Source: Eledone cirrhosa
Lineage: Eukaryota
Assembly (NCBI GenBank): GCA_964016885.1
Contig: OZ024741.1
Span: 135,966,001-136,030,000, forward strand
Reading direction: 5' to 3'
DNA length: 64,000 nt
The translations under genes were made by a program, and so were the position numbers. Under the pieces are notes generated by a model. The model made no database searches and was not told the origin of the DNA. It saw only the letters and a program-made list of their open reading frames with translations. Shown in pieces: positions 37,758-52,422 of this stretch. Positions within the stretch are counted from its first letter, which is position 1; each line of letters begins with the position of its first letter.

Positions 37758-40047
37758 ATAGATCAGGTAGATTTTCAAGATTATTCATGCTAATGTTCTC
37801 TTAAATGAAGCTCTCCTTGTATAGCTTATGCATTTCGTTTGCTAAATTCATGCAAATGTGCTCAAAGAACTGAGCAACTCTATAATTAAGTCTGTTTCAT
37901 TGCAGCCGATGCGGTTGCAGGAGTTTTAGTTTCAAAAGCGTTAATACATTCAGAAACTATGTGATAAAAAATATCGAAGAAAAATTGCTGCATCTTAATG
38001 AGTTTATATAGATTTCTATCAGCAAACGTTTTCAGGTATTGTAACATTTTATCAGAAACAATTTCACAGCTTTTGTTCCTTCAATGTCGGTGTCAACAAG
38101 TTGATATCTTATCAGTCAGTGTCCAACTACTTTCCTCATAACCAATATAATTGTAATATCAAATATTGATGTAAATTTCGTTAATACTCCAAGATATGTG
38201 AAAGCTTCTTCAAAATGGTATAGCATTTATTTTCCAATAACCTATTATTTTCTGAAAGAAAAAAACTGGTGATTTTATTGAACATTGCAGTAGGAATAAC
38301 TTATACGTTTTCACCATGAAAGTTTTCAACCAAATATTATTTACATGGAGTGAGGACTTTACTGCTGAAAAGAAAAAAATCAATTCGAAACGAATTCATC
38401 TCATTGAGTAATATAAACACTTCTTTAATTTAAAATCTCACATCAAAATTAATAAAAACACACTGAAAGAATGAATTGATAATGAAATGTTATTTCCTAT
38501 ACCCGAATGTATATAGACTAACTTGAACAAACAATGAGTACTATTAGTATTAACCGTATCTAAACACCTATAGTAAGCTTTCTTGCTACATTTAATTGAA
38601 TATAGCTTATCTCGTATAGATAAGCAAATTAATGTGTTACACTTATAGATAATAGAAATAGAGTAATATGGTTAGACGATGAGGAGACGCAAAATACAAG
38701 ACTCATTTAAAGGTCATGGCCGATTAATTAATTAGATGGATAATAAACTGATTCATGGGATTAATTACCTGATTAAAAATAAAATTAAGCAGTGCGTGTG
38801 TTTTCATTGGTGGCTTGACCCTTTCAAAGTACATTAGTTTTTGTTTGTGTTTTACAAGATTTCTGATATGAAATCGTGCGTTGAAACAGATATTGTATCC
38901 AATTCTCACTCCCATTCTCCGCCTCACACTTGTGTTCTTTTCAAATAGTGTCGATAAATATTCGAGGGTCAGTAGATTAACGGAAGTAAGAGACCATCGG
39001 ACTTGAGGACTTGTGGTATCCCTTTCGGTCCTTTGTGTTCTGAATTCACCTGCGACGTCATTGGCGCCTGCCAAGTTGTATCGTCCGTCAGCTTTCTCTT
39101 GGACAACGTCGTTTGCATGATGAGAAAACGTGCAAATAAAGGTTGACTATTGCTCTTTTACGAAACTCATTGCTCAGGCCTACGCCTCGAAGAAGAACTT
39201 CTCTATACAAACCTATTATTTTATAAGATTATAAAAAGTCTTTATTTATCAACACTGGAATGATTAAATGCACAGTTGTTCTTGTTGGGATGTGAACACG
39301 GAGCAAAAATATACGGTTCAATTTCCCTGCAATACTTTTCATCCGACAATCTCCCGCCTTGTTTTGATAACATACCGATGAATGCTATATTTAATTTCCA
39401 TCCTTCGTTAACGGTTTCGACATATCAAATTTCTCTCTGTATAGAACATATTTAGCAGTATTCTAATGATACCTTTTATTGCATGTTTAATGATTCGAAA
39501 TAAATGCTTAATATTTTACTTGAATGCCAGAGTGAAAATAGAAAAAAAAAAGAAAAAAGAGCCACTTTCCCATTTATTATATTTATATGGCTGTTTCATC
39601 GATTTCTACAAATGAGCGCAATATAATAAGTAAAATTCGCAATTACCCATGCTGTTCACGTAGAATCATATTCTTCAGGAATGTTTATTCAAATATTTCA
39701 CATTTCTTTTCCTATAATCTGCTTTTACTATATGTAATGTACGAAAATCTACGGTCTATGCCCATATGTTAACATTATTTATCCATCTCATATTTTCATT
39801 TATATGTACACACTCACAACACACACGCAAAGACGTATGCACACACGCACACAAACGCACAGACTCACGCACACACATATATAGATACATATATTTCTGT
39901 GTGTGTATGCGTGTATGAAATAAGTTAAACAAAAACAGGTTTTTAATGTTCCACAATTGTTTCAGCGTAAGATACATTAATTTTGCAAATATATACCAGT
40001 GTATATGTGTATATATATATATATATATGTGTGTATGTGTGTGTGTA

Positions 40048-40089
<42 letters not shown>

Positions 40090-40156
40090 CGTGCGTGTGT
40101 TTGTGTGTGTGCGTGTGTGTGTGTGATTGTATGAGTGTTTACATAAGTAGATATGT

Positions 40157-40206
<50 letters not shown>

Positions 40207-40734
40207 GGTTAAATGAATGGCTGGAAACATTGAGGAATTACATATATATAAAAATAATAAAAAAATTCGCTTGGTAGTTGTTGGTTTTTTGCTCGCAACA
40301 ACATCGCTGACTTGAAAAACGAAATGTTTTTCTACGCCATTTTAGCTTTCTATAAATGTATTTCTCTAAAACGACAGCAATAATTCACAACTGAAATATA
40401 TAAAAGATCAGTCCCTTGATAATAAATCTAGCTATAATTAAGGTATACACATGTAAAAACAAGAAATGTAAAGTAATATAAGCTTAAAATATAATGTGAA
40501 TTATCTGACGTATAATTATGGAATAGAGAGAAAAAAATTATTTTCCCTTTTCAATACAATACACTTCTTTCACCGTATACATGATTGCTTCCCTTACCTT
40601 TCTTACTTTCCTCCGTCTTTCCTTTCTCCTCGTTCTCTCTCACTCACTCACTCTCTCTCTCATTCTCTCTCCTCCTCCCCCTCTCTGTCTCTCTCTCCCT
40701 CTCTCTCTCGCTCTCTCTCACTCGTTCGCTCCCT

Positions 40735-41102
<368 letters not shown>

Positions 41103-41889
41103 TCGCAAAATGTCTTTCAATTTTTTTCGAGCGCTTTGTTCTTTGAGGAGAATATATCTTGTTATTTAAATAGAATGGAGTCAATGAAGATTTCTTTAAA
41201 AGAAACGAAAGTAATTATTATTGCAACTAAACCAAGAATCAACCATTAACTTTTCATGGTACGATATTTTATTTTCATTGTTGACAACATAATACTTTTT
41301 ATGCGTTATATATATGTATATATATATATATATAACGTGTGTGTGTGCTGTGTATGTGTGTGTATGTGTGTATGCATATGTGTATGTCTGTGTGTGTGTG
41401 TGCTGTATGTGAATGTGTCTTTGTGTGTATTTTGGTATTTTGGTATTCAGACAAGATATTTGTACAATTGTATTGTAAATATTGTATTTTTCCTATTAAT
41501 TAGTAACGATGATACATTAAGTTTTGGTTGTGGGAAAATTATAAATGTCTACGACTTTCGTGTATAATGCAAGAATTAACTGTTCCAGCAAGGGATGTCT
41601 GTGATAGTTTCAGTTATTACATATGGCGGTAGAAATATCACAATCATTAGAAACCAGACAAAATGTTGTACGTATTGTTCCGATTCTTTGCGTTCTAAGT
41701 TGAAATCTCGCCGATGTTGGTTTTTCCATTTTCTACCTCGCTCTTTGTTTCTTTCAATCTAAATATCTTCTTATATATATTATATTATACTAGATGAGAA
41801 TGACGTCGTCTTCGCCCCTTTCCTGCCACACACACACACACTCACACACAGACACATGCACACACACACACGCACACATACACATATAA

Positions 41890-41925
<36 letters not shown>

Positions 41926-42384
41926 ATGTGTGTGTGTGTATATATGTGTAAGATATCACAGAATTGTATAGGCCCAGCTATAGCAATTGACAGTCACATA
42001 CCTCTTAGATGACTCCTTGCAATGTATGGACCCATTGCCTATATTAGAGACTGGTCAGCAGACCAATTTTTGCCAGTGAATTACGATTCTTTGCTTTGTT
42101 CTGCTCTTCCTTCTTCTGAAGTCGTCTGTTCCTGGTCTACTCGATACGAAACTATTTCAAATAGACCCAAAGAATATCCTTGCCTTGTCATGTTTGCGCT
42201 GGTCTACCGCCCAAGTTTGGAAGTACCAGTACCCTAGTGAGACCAACTCTTTTGATTTTCGTGAAACAGAATGATCCGAAGGGACTAGTTATGTACGTGG
42301 GCCAATCTTCTCTTTTCGTCCAGAGAATGTGAGAGAGCAAACGATATAAAGTAAGTAAGTTAGAGAAAGAGAGAAGCATAGGAC

Positions 42385-42541
42385 CAATCGACCCCAGTAC
42401 TAGTTTGATACTTTATATACCGACCTCGAAAGGAGGGAAAGTAAAGTTTATCTCGGTGGGATTGAAGCTCTGAACGTACAAAGCCGGCGCAAATACCGCA
42501 AAACATTCTATCCAGTGTTCTGATGACTCCCCATGCGCCGC
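42385..42541 (-). mobile_element. Nin-type SINE, degenerate (another at about 43420..43600 -)
   Basis: aatcgaccccagtac..tactttat..cgacctcgaaagga..gaaagtaaagtt is the reverse of the Nin-like domain. Confidence 0.65.
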
Positions 42542-43663
42542 GATAATTTCAGCCAGTTGTAAGTAAGAAACTGATCCTGAATCATAAATAGTCCCTAAAT
42601 AACAAAAATGATACTTTGGATGGTGTGTTTATATTCCTTCATGAAGTGGTCACAGCGGGAATGCCTCTTATGATCAATTAATAAAAGTCGTCTCGACAGA
42701 AATTCTAGATATTCGTAAGATTGATTAAACGTAGCAGCTAATTCTCCCTCTGTGCATACTATTCTATCATAAAAAAAACCAGACTACTCGTTCAAATTCT
42801 TTAATCCTTTGGACATAATGCTTTAAGTAAATCTATAATAACCGTGACTAACGTCAATTATATTCCTGAACTGAAATGACACGACATGAGTATACAATGG
42901 AAAATTGAAATCTGTTTGATCTAAAGTTATTTCTCAGCCATTGTAATCACAGTTGATTATACATAGTTAATGTAAAACAGTGATAGCAATAACAACGACA
43001 ACAACATATGGTAAGCGGTATTTACACAGCTACACCCTCAACCTAAGGATGCAGTAAAATGTATTCGGACAAAAATATTCATAGTGAGGCTCTCTTATGC
43101 TTATGATACATAAATATATCCTATATGCTTTCATATATACCTATGATGTAGTACTAACACGCGCAATAATAGTGTCATCTCTAATTATTTCATTTTAACC
43201 AGACAAGTTCGCATTATATACAAACGTGCATCTCCAGCTATGTTTCATCTTTATAACCCATATAGGGTTTAGCCTGTTTTTCCTCAGTAACGAGTGATTA
43301 AATGTCACTGAAAACGGAGAAAAATCCAGAAATAGCTATCTGGTATTCTCGGCGTAACAAATGTACGACGTCTACTCGTCGTGTTTTAATTCATGCAATG
43401 TTTTAGACAGAACCTATTGATTTCTAATTGAGGCACAAGACCAACAAATTTGAGGAAGTGAAAAGTGGATTAAATCCACAGTACTTGACTGGTAATTTAT
43501 TTTATCGTCTTCGGAATGTGAGATTTAAGTCTAGAATGTAAAAGGACCGAAGAAATATTCTAAGCATTTCGTCTGATGATCTCACAATCCAGCTACGGCG
43601 CCACCCTATAAAATACATGAAATGTTACGTGATACACGGTAAAAAATGTTTTAAAATGTCGCT

Positions 43664-43719
<56 letters not shown>

Positions 43720-43730
43720 CGTGTGTGTGT

Positions 43731-43990
43731 GGAGGCACGTGGTCTAGTGGTAAGAGTGGGTCCGATTCCTGGGCTGCGTGTTGTGTTCTTGAGCAAAACA
43801 CTTCATTTCACGTTGCTCCAGTATACTCAGATGAAAATGAGTACCAGCAATGGCTGGAGGTTTAACCCTGCGATGGACTGGCGTCCTGTCCAGGGGGGAG
43901 TCTTTTACTCTCAGTCGCTTCACGCCATGAATCCGGAATAAGCACCGGCCAAATGAGCCTTCTGGTTTAAGACAGACTTTAGACTTTAGA
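43731..43990 (+). mobile_element. tRNA-derived CORE-like SINE with (AGACTTT)n tail
   Basis: ggaggcacgtggtctagtggtaag head, cttgagcaaaacacttcatttcacg core, ctgcgatggactggcgtcc body, short tandem tail. Confidence 0.85.
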
Positions 43991-44038
43991 TATATATATA
44001 TATATATTATATATTATATATTATATATTATATATATA

Positions 44039-44336
44039 ATTGCTGTTGGATGCTTAAAGCGTCTGTATGCGGTAGGCCGTATGAGCACTCGATGCTGTCA
44101 TAGAGCAGAGTATGATATCACAGAAAAAAAAAGAGAATCAGTGTTGCGACGAATGGGATTTATTGGACATATTACTTCGTAGAATCAAGACGTATCTGAG
44201 GACCTTGCGATATTCGGAGTCAGGTTCGATCATCACATCGATCGTGCCTCGAGCTGGTCGCCAGAGAAACCATTGTAATATGTCCAATAAATATTACATT
44301 CGTCGCAACACCGATTCTCTTTTTTTCTGTGATATA
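44039..44336. mobile_element. inverted (two-ended) Penelope-pLTR-type insertion, family C
   Basis: Arms 44115..44175 and 44275..44335 are inverted, and the left arm has a ~75-nt extra tail. (TA)n on both sides. Confidence 0.8.
44189..44284 (+). ncRNA. type I hammerhead ribozyme with long stem II
   Basis: gacgtat-CTGAGGA-ccttgcga...tcgccaga-GAAA-CCATTG-TA-atatgtc: 7-bp stem I and GUA triplet; the base of stem II is slightly decayed. Confidence 0.7.
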
Positions 44337-45991
44337 TATATATGTGGACATATGTGGGCACACATATATATATATATGTGGACATATGTGGGCACACTGC
44401 ATTGAAAAGATTTAGCAGATCATATCTGCCGTAGTTTTTTTCATATTTAGTAGGCACTTTATCGATTTGCTTTTGTTGTACAGACGCAAACAAAGATACT
44501 TCTATACTTATATAACTATACGGTGGGCTTCTCTGAAGTTTCCTTCTACCAAATGTCACTCACAAAAGGCAATCCACCATGCCCAGTCGTTCCTGCTCAG
44601 AACGTCATACCATCTGGAATTCCCCTCTCTAACATGTCCTTCCTAAAGTCGTTTAGCGGTAGTAAACATAATATCCAGGACATTGATTTCTCCGGTAACA
44701 ATGTCTGCGAAGGCCATAGACATTGCCCTTTTCTCCAGATATACAAACGACAAATACAATGTGATTTGAGAAACATTTGATTGCCATTTCTAGCAAGTAG
44801 AATGACCACATTAATACTGTCTCGTTGATTCGTAATGAGAGCGCCGCATGTTCAGGTAATTTGTATGCAATAATTCATTCTACGTGTTGTGTATTGATCA
44901 TTGTAGTTAGATATAAATTTCCATAAGCAAAGCACTGCATAATTGTCTTATTATGTCTCAGTGCCGTTTCACAGAATCTATCAGAAAATTATCTTTTAAA
45001 TTGTAATAGCACTTAACATGGCAGTTTTACAGAATTTAATGATATAATGCATTTTGATGCCTTAACAATGTAATCTGTTCAAGAAATATACATTACTGTT
45101 GAGTTATTTCAACATCATTGCATTTACAGGCGTATATTGAGTACATCAACATAAACACAGAAGCATTTATGACTTAAAAGACTCTTAGAAATGACTAGGA
45201 AGCATTACTTTTAATAGCTTTTACAGCAATTTATATAATATGGTTTAAAGACGTGCATAACTCATAGGAAAAAGATTGAAAATGAATTTAGACATATCAG
45301 CCGCGTTAATCTTATTGAACATTCCATATCCGATTAACTACGCTCTACGTTTTAATTTCAAAATCGATGGTGACATTGCCTTTCATCTTTCCGCAGTAAA
45401 TAAACAGTCATTAATTGGTGGCGATACAATCTACTATCAGCATGATAAATGAATAAATTTCTAAGACGGATTTAATGGACTTAGTCTGAGTGAAACTAAT
45501 ATTTGAAAACAAGAAACTATCATGAATACGTGAACTATATATCTAAAATATACTATATATATAAATTTTTGTTCAAAATACGTTTATATTAGTATAAAAA
45601 CAAGAAAAAGAAAAAAACAAATGAAAAACGCCAGCGTGGTAGAAATGGATGGGAACCCTTATTTTCATGGCTGGTCGATATATCACAGTCCTCAGACCGT
45701 AGTGTACAAGATGTTGAGGGTACTGCCTCAGACACCCGGTTCATTGGTCATTCCACATCATGCGGCAACATCTACAACATGGGGTGGTTTTTATACCTCA
45801 GCTACGCCCAGTGTTAGACAAAACAGTGAAAGTATTGCCACGGATAACAACCTGTGACCAACCTACTCTATTAGCCATTCGCCCTTGCGGGGCTCCTTTT
45901 TCAGGCATGATGCCATAATCTCGATTTGGTGAAAGGAATAAGGTAATCCTAGGACAGAAAACGTTGGAGGTCTCAATAAGGAAACCTCCTC

Positions 45992-47118
45992 ATTATTATG
46001 CAGGTGTATGGTGGTTGATTGGCAGAATTGGTAGAGCGTTGGACACCATGCTTTGCAGAATGGAGTTGTGGCCCTTTATGTTCTGAATTCAAATCCCGCC
46101 GAGGTCAACTTTGCCTTTCATTCATACGTGGTAAATAAAATAAAGTACCAGTAATGCACTCGGATAATTGCAGGCCTTATGCCAAAAGTAGAAACAATTA
46201 TTTTTCAGGTGTATTAAGTGCAGTGGATTGGCAGTCTCGGTAGAGCATCAGACACCATGCTGTGCAGCATAGAGTTATGTCCCTTTACGTTCTAAGTTAT
46301 ATTTGCTTTTCATCCATACGGGGTCGATGAAATAAAGTACCAGTCATGCATTGGGGTCAATTTAATCGACTTTCCCCTCCCCCAAAAGTGCTGGCCTTGT
46401 GCCTAAAGTAGTAATAATTATTATGCAGGAGTATGGGTTCAAATCCCACCGAGGTTAGCTTTTCCTTTACGGGGTCGATAAAATGAAGAACCAGTAATTC
46501 ACTGGGCTCAATTTCATCGACTTTTCACTCCCCACAAATGTGTTGCCTTTGTGTCTTAATCAGAAAACATTATTATTATAGCCCTTTCCATTCTGAGTTC
46601 AAATCCCGCCAAGGTTAACTTTGCCTTTCATCCTTACGGGGTCGATAAAATAAAGTACCAGTAATGTACTGGGTAATTTGCTGGCCTTGTGCCAAAGGTA
46701 GAAACAATTATTATGCAGGCGGTAGATTGGCAGTATCGGTAGAGAGTCGGACGCCATGCTTTGCAGCAAAGAGTTACGCCCCTTTATGATCTCAGTTCAA
46801 ATCCCGCCGAGGTTAACTTTGCCTTTCATCCTTACGAGGTCGATAAAATAAAGTACCAGTAATACACTGAGTAATTGCTGGCCTTGTGCCAAATGTAGAA
46901 ACAATTATTATGTATGCAGTGGATTGGCAGTATCGGTAGAGGGTCGGACGCCATGCTTTGAAGAATAGAGTTACCTCCCTTTATGATCTGAGTTCAAATC
47001 CCGCCTCGGTTAACTTTACCTTTCATCCTTTACAGGGTCGATAAAATAAAGTACCAGTAATACACTGGAATAATTGCTGGCCTTGCGCCATAAGTAGAAA
47101 CAATTATTATGCAGGTGT
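45992..47118 (+). repeat. head-to-tail array of six Nin-type tRNA SINEs
   Basis: Units start near 46010, 46220, 46436 (5' truncated), 46581 (5' truncated), 46718 and 46916. Each has a gcctttcatcc..gtcgataaaataaagtaccag-like domain and an attatt tail. Confidence 0.9.
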
Positions 47119-47476
47119 TTAGAACATAACTTAAATTGATGATTTTGATGAGAAGGCTTTTAGATAAATATCAATATTATAAAACAAATAGCTTACTATT
47201 GTATAACCAGCGGTGGTTCCAGGTGACTTGGAATCCATAGGGTTAAATAAAGACTTCCCATTACTCGGAATAACATTTCATCATATTTCAGAATGTTTAG
47301 AATAGTTTTATTATATCATTAACTAGAAAGATAAATGTTATTAGAAGATATAAAGTGTTTAGATTGACAAATTATTCCTTACATATTTACAGATACTATT
47401 ATTTCTGCTTGGTATTCAAAACACAATTACTCGGGGATAAGTAATAATTAATATTTACGTATGTATGAACAAACAC

Positions 47477-47559
<83 letters not shown>

Positions 47560-47678
47560 AGGTGAGTTTTATTGTAGTACAATAAAGCAATGCAGATATC
47601 GGATAAGAAGCACTCTACAGTTTGTAGGACTGGAGTATATATAATATAAGATCAAAAGATGGTTAAAGGAGTTCCATG

Positions 47679-47749
47679 TATTTTATTATGCGCATTTCAA
47701 AAACAAACATCATCATGCAATAATATTTGTGTTTTCATCAGATAAAACA
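47679..47749 (-). ncRNA. type I hammerhead ribozyme in the inverted pLTR
   Basis: Reverse complement of 48605..48675. Confidence 0.85.
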
Positions 47750-48604
47750 GGAGAACATGATATGAAGGCTAAAAAACACTTGTGGATAGTGCAGTTTTAA
47801 ATCAACATATGAAAAGTGGTTTTAGATTGATGTGTGATATTGGGAAAAATATTTTATTTAGAGAGGGGGGTGGAAAGGATGAAAAAGGGGAGGAGATGAG
47901 AGGGAGAGATGGGTGATAGAGAGAAAGAAAGAGATAGTTTTTATAACTGAGAGGAGATATATTGTTTTACATAGAGAGGTTGAAAACCGTTGGAAGATAA
48001 TGTATAAATTAAAAATTTGAAATTAACGAAGGGAGGATATGTGCGAGGAAAGAATATTTTATTTATGGAGGGGGGGGGGTGGAAAGGATGAACAAAGGGG
48101 GAGGAGATGAGAGTGAAGGTGGAGAGGGAGAGATGGGTGATAGAGAGAAAGAGATAGTTTTTATAACTGAGAAAAAGATATATTGTTTTACATAAATTAA
48201 AGGAATTTGAAAATTAACGAAGGGAATTTATGTATGAAGATAGAGAGAAAAAAAAATAATAATTGTGGATGAATATTCTAACGTCGAAAAAAGTGTGTGT
48301 TGATAAGTATTGTGGCAATTTCAAAATTAACGAAGAGAAAAATTATTAAGGTTTGTGTGTAGAAGGATTTGAGAAAAATAATGTGAAGTTAAAGTTTGTA
48401 TATTGGAGGAATTGATAATATATGCGAATAAAGAGTTAATATGTATTCTCCCTCTCATCTCCTCCCCTTTTTCATCCTTTCCACCCCCCTCTCTAAATAA
48501 AATATTTTTCCCAATATCACACATCAATCTAAAACCACTTTTCATATGTTGATTTAAAACTGCACTATCCACAAGTGTTTTTTAACCTTCATATCATGTT
48601 CTCC

Positions 48605-48675
48605 TGTTTTATCTGATGAAAACACAAATATTATTGCATGATGATGTTTGTTTTTGAAATGCGCATAATAAAATA
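48605..48675 (+). ncRNA. type I hammerhead ribozyme in the 5' pLTR
   Basis: tgttttat-CTGATGA-aaaca...tgttttt-GAAA-TGCGCA-TA-ataaaata: canonical core, palindromic stem III ATGCGCAT, AUA triplet, cut after 48667. Confidence 0.88.
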
Positions 48676-48879
48676 CATGGAACTCCTTTAACCATCTTTT
48701 GATCTTATATTATATATACTCCAGTCCTACAAACTGTAGAGTGCTTCTTATCCGATATCTGCATTGCTTTATTGTACTACAATAAAACTCACCTCCTACA
48801 TTAACTTGCTCCTTAACGGTTGAGCGCTTACTCTCATATTGGATACCTTTTGATGGTCCTTCACCTCTTCTTCTACAAC

Positions 48880-51280
48880 ATGGATTATTACAACATAACC
48901 AAATCAACTAAAGACATTCCTATACCTGGTAAATCTGAATTCACCAAACTTCTTATTGAAAAAACTGACTCCTTCGTAAGAAGACTTAGATGGACAGCCT
49001 ATTTCTATGACCAGCGCCTTAAAGGGAACTTCGATACCAAAGAACATAACTTCCTCGATCATCTTTTTAATTCTAGACGGAATCCTCCTTCCAACAAAAA
49101 TCTAGTACAATTCGAGGAAGAATTAACTAAAATAATAAAAAATCTTAAATTCAAGAGATACCCTTACAAAGGACAAGAGCACCTTGTAAATCTCAAGAAC
49201 ACAATCTCTAACCTAAATTCCTCAAAAAATGTTTTAGTCCACTCTGACAAAACCAATAACTTATATGGTATTTCCAAGGATAATTATAACAACCTTATCC
49301 TAAAGGAACTTAGGAAAAAGTATCGTAAAACCAACCATGAAAATTTAGAATACATAAACCTTGAAGCCTCTGAGATTATGTCAAAACTTGGCATTGAAAA
49401 AAGACCGAACCATTCCTCCCAAGAACTCCGAGGATAAATCTCAAGGATCACAAAAACAATTTTCGCACTGAACTACCTGTTAGATTAATCGCCCCCTCTA
49501 AATCTGATCTGGGGGTTGTTAGTAAAGCCATCTTGGATAGAATTATCCCACAGGTTAGTTCTAATTGCTCTTCTTTGAACCTAAATTTATGGTTTGGTAC
49601 TTCTGAGGTGATTGGCTGGTTCAACAAATTGGATAATAAAAACAAACTAAAATTTATTCAATTTGATATTGCCAGCTACTATTCCTCCATTTCGCCTTCA
49701 CTTCTCAATAATGCTCTATCTTTCGCACTTAAATATTCTGACATCACCACAGATGAACTTCACATCATCCTCACCGCACGTAAAACCATCCTAGAGTTCA
49801 ACAACGAATATTGGACCAGAGCCGATACCGCTAACAACTTCGATATCACAATGGGAGCATCCGATTCATCCCAATTGACTGATTTAATTGGTATCTTCAT
49901 TTTGAACTCTTTGAGTCGGAAAATTCCTCAACTTCGCGGTGGAATTTATCGTGACGATGGACTCTTTACTATCCTAAATTGCAATATAGTTAACCTTAAT
50001 ATTATTAAGAACAATATACGTAATCTCTTTAACCAACATAACCTAAAAATTGAATTTGATAATAGTATCAAACTAGCTAATTTCTTGGATGTATCTCTTA
50101 ATCTTGACACTGGCCTATATTACCCTTACCATAAAAACAATGAGAACCTAAATTATGTTAACTTTAAATCTAACCATCCTACCAATATCAAGAATGCTAT
50201 AGTTAGTAATATTGGAAAAAGTATATCTAACATATCCTCTAATAAAAACATCTTTGATGCTAACGCCAATTACTATAATAACGCACTTTCTAAAGCCGGC
50301 TATCCAGATAAAATCAAATATAGTAAAGAAACAAATTCTAGAAAAACTTACAGTAGAATAATTAATCATGATCATTCCAATAATTTTAATAAAAGACCTA
50401 GATACAAAAACATAATCTGGTATAATGCTCCTTTCTCCATCTCTATTAATAACAATATTCCTAAATTATTTTTTAGTGCCTTAAATAAATGCTTCCTTCC
50501 CTCACATATCTATAGTAAAATATTTAACAAACACACCATAAAATTTTCTTATTCTACATCCTCCAATATTTCCAACATCATCTCTAAACACAACAATAAA
50601 ATACTAAATACTAAATCTCTTCCTTCCAACATTGAATTTCATAATAACAATAATAGTACTCCCGACGTCTTGTAAACCCTAGGCTAACTTCTGTAAACAC
50701 AAATACAACGTCAAACACAACTTCGCTAAATGTTCATAATCCAACTCTAAATCAAGAAACTATTATTCCTATTATTCCTATCGCAAACAACTTCTCCAAT
50801 CCAATTCCTTCTATAGATAACACTAGGTCACTCATTAATAATCTCTCTAATTGCAACTGCCGCACTAAAAATAAATGTCCTCTCAACAACCATTGTCTCG
50901 ATAAAAACTTAATTTATGAATGTAAAATTATAACTAGCACCAATTCCTTCACCTATTTTGGCTCCACTTCCACCTCTTTTAAAGCTCGTCTCTATAATCA
51001 TCATTCATCTTTCAAATACAAACTTAAAAGAACCAACACTGCTCTCTCAGAACTCATATGGTCCTTAAAAGACAAAAACATTAAATATACCATCTTTTGG
51101 AAGAGGGTTTCTTCTGCATCCTCATACTTGAACAGCTCTCTATCTAAAATCTGTAATCTCTGCCTAAATGAAAAATTTACCATTATCTCTAACCTAGATT
51201 CTATAATAAATAGACGTACAGATTTATTTTCTATCTGCCTGCATAAATTCCATAGGACTTTTCACAAAGTATACAGTTAA
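48880..51280 (+). CDS. Penelope-like reverse transcriptase + GIY-YIG endonuclease (two 1-nt frameshifts)
   Basis: ATG at 48880; SDKT, LKDHK..PVRLI, FDIASYY, MGA, YRDDGL, FLD; CNCR..CPL..CL..LIYEC..YFG..FKARLYNH..CNLC..CLH, stop at 51280. Frameshifts at the A run near 49400 and at about 50662. Confidence 0.88.
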
Positions 51281-52272
51281 TATTCAATTCTTTATCAATT
51301 TAGAATCTTTTCTCAAAGGCACATATACATACACCTCTTTAAAATATACCCATCTTCCCACCTTACTTTAAAGGGCATTATACACTCTATAATACTTGTT
51401 TACTCATTACCCTCACTCTATCTTCACCTTGTAAAATCCTTCATAACATATACATTTATTTTTTTGACGTTAGAATATTCATCCGCAATCATTATTATTT
51501 TTTCTCTCTATCATAAATCTTTTTAATCTCAATTTCATCCTTAATTTATTATTTTTTTCTTCCCATCAACGAACTCATTCTTAATACATATTAACTCTTT
51601 ATTCGCATATATTATCAATTCCTCCAATATACAAACTTTAACTTCACATTATTTTTCTCAAATCCTTCTACACACAAACCTTAATAATTTTTCTCTTCGT
51701 TAATTTTGAAATTGCCACAATACTTATCAACACACACTTATTTTGACGTTAGATTATTCATCCACAATTATTATTTTTTTTTTCTCTCTATCTTCATACA
51801 TAAATTCCCTTCGTTAATTTTCAAATTCCTTTAATTTATGTAAAACAATATATCTTTTTCTCAGTTATAAAAACTATCTCTTTCTCTCTATCACCCATCT
51901 CACCCTCTCCACCTTCACTCTCATCTCCTCCCCCTTTTTTCACCCCCCCCCCTCCATAAATAAAATATTCTTTCCTCGCACATATCCTCCCTTCGTTAAT
52001 TTCAAATTTTTAATTTATACATTATCTTCCAACGGTTTTCAACCTCTCTATGTAAAACAATATATCTCCTCTCAGTTATAAAAACTATCTCTTTCTTTCT
52101 CTCTATCACCCATCTCTCCCTCTCATCTCCTCCCCTTTTTCATCCTTTCCACCCCCCTCTCTAAATAAAATATTTTTCCCAATATCACACATCAATCTAA
52201 AACCACTTTTCATATGTTGATTTAAAACTGCACTATCCACAAGTGTTTTTTAGCCTTCATATCATGTTCTCC

Positions 52273-52343
52273 TGTTTTATCTGATGAAAACACAAATATT
52301 ATTGCATGATGATTTTTGTTTTTGAAATGCGCATAATAAAATA
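52273..52343 (+). ncRNA. type I hammerhead ribozyme in the 3' pLTR
   Basis: Same as 48605..48675 with one stem II substitution. Confidence 0.88.
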
Positions 52344-52371
52344 CATGGAACTCCTTTAACCATCTTTTGAT

Positions 52372-52422
<51 letters not shown>

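Larger units (their letters stand above)
47556..52378 (+). mobile_element. near-intact Penelope-like element: inverted pLTR + partial direct pLTR + RT/GIY-YIG ORF + 3' pLTR, in (TA)n
   Basis: 47556..48447 is the reverse complement of 51583..52375 plus 48708..48798, and 48448..48707 repeats 52116..52375. (TA)n on both flanks. Confidence 0.93.

Noticed and set aside
44523-44809. ORF containing IQDIDFSGNNV, reminiscent of a leucine-rich repeat
   Set aside because: It is a single partial motif whose ORF start overlaps a SINE remnant, with no supporting exons.
45992-47118. Array could be read as a CRISPR-like or tRNA gene cluster
   Set aside because: The units are SINEs with dispersed copies elsewhere; there are no unique spacers, cas genes or cloverleaf.
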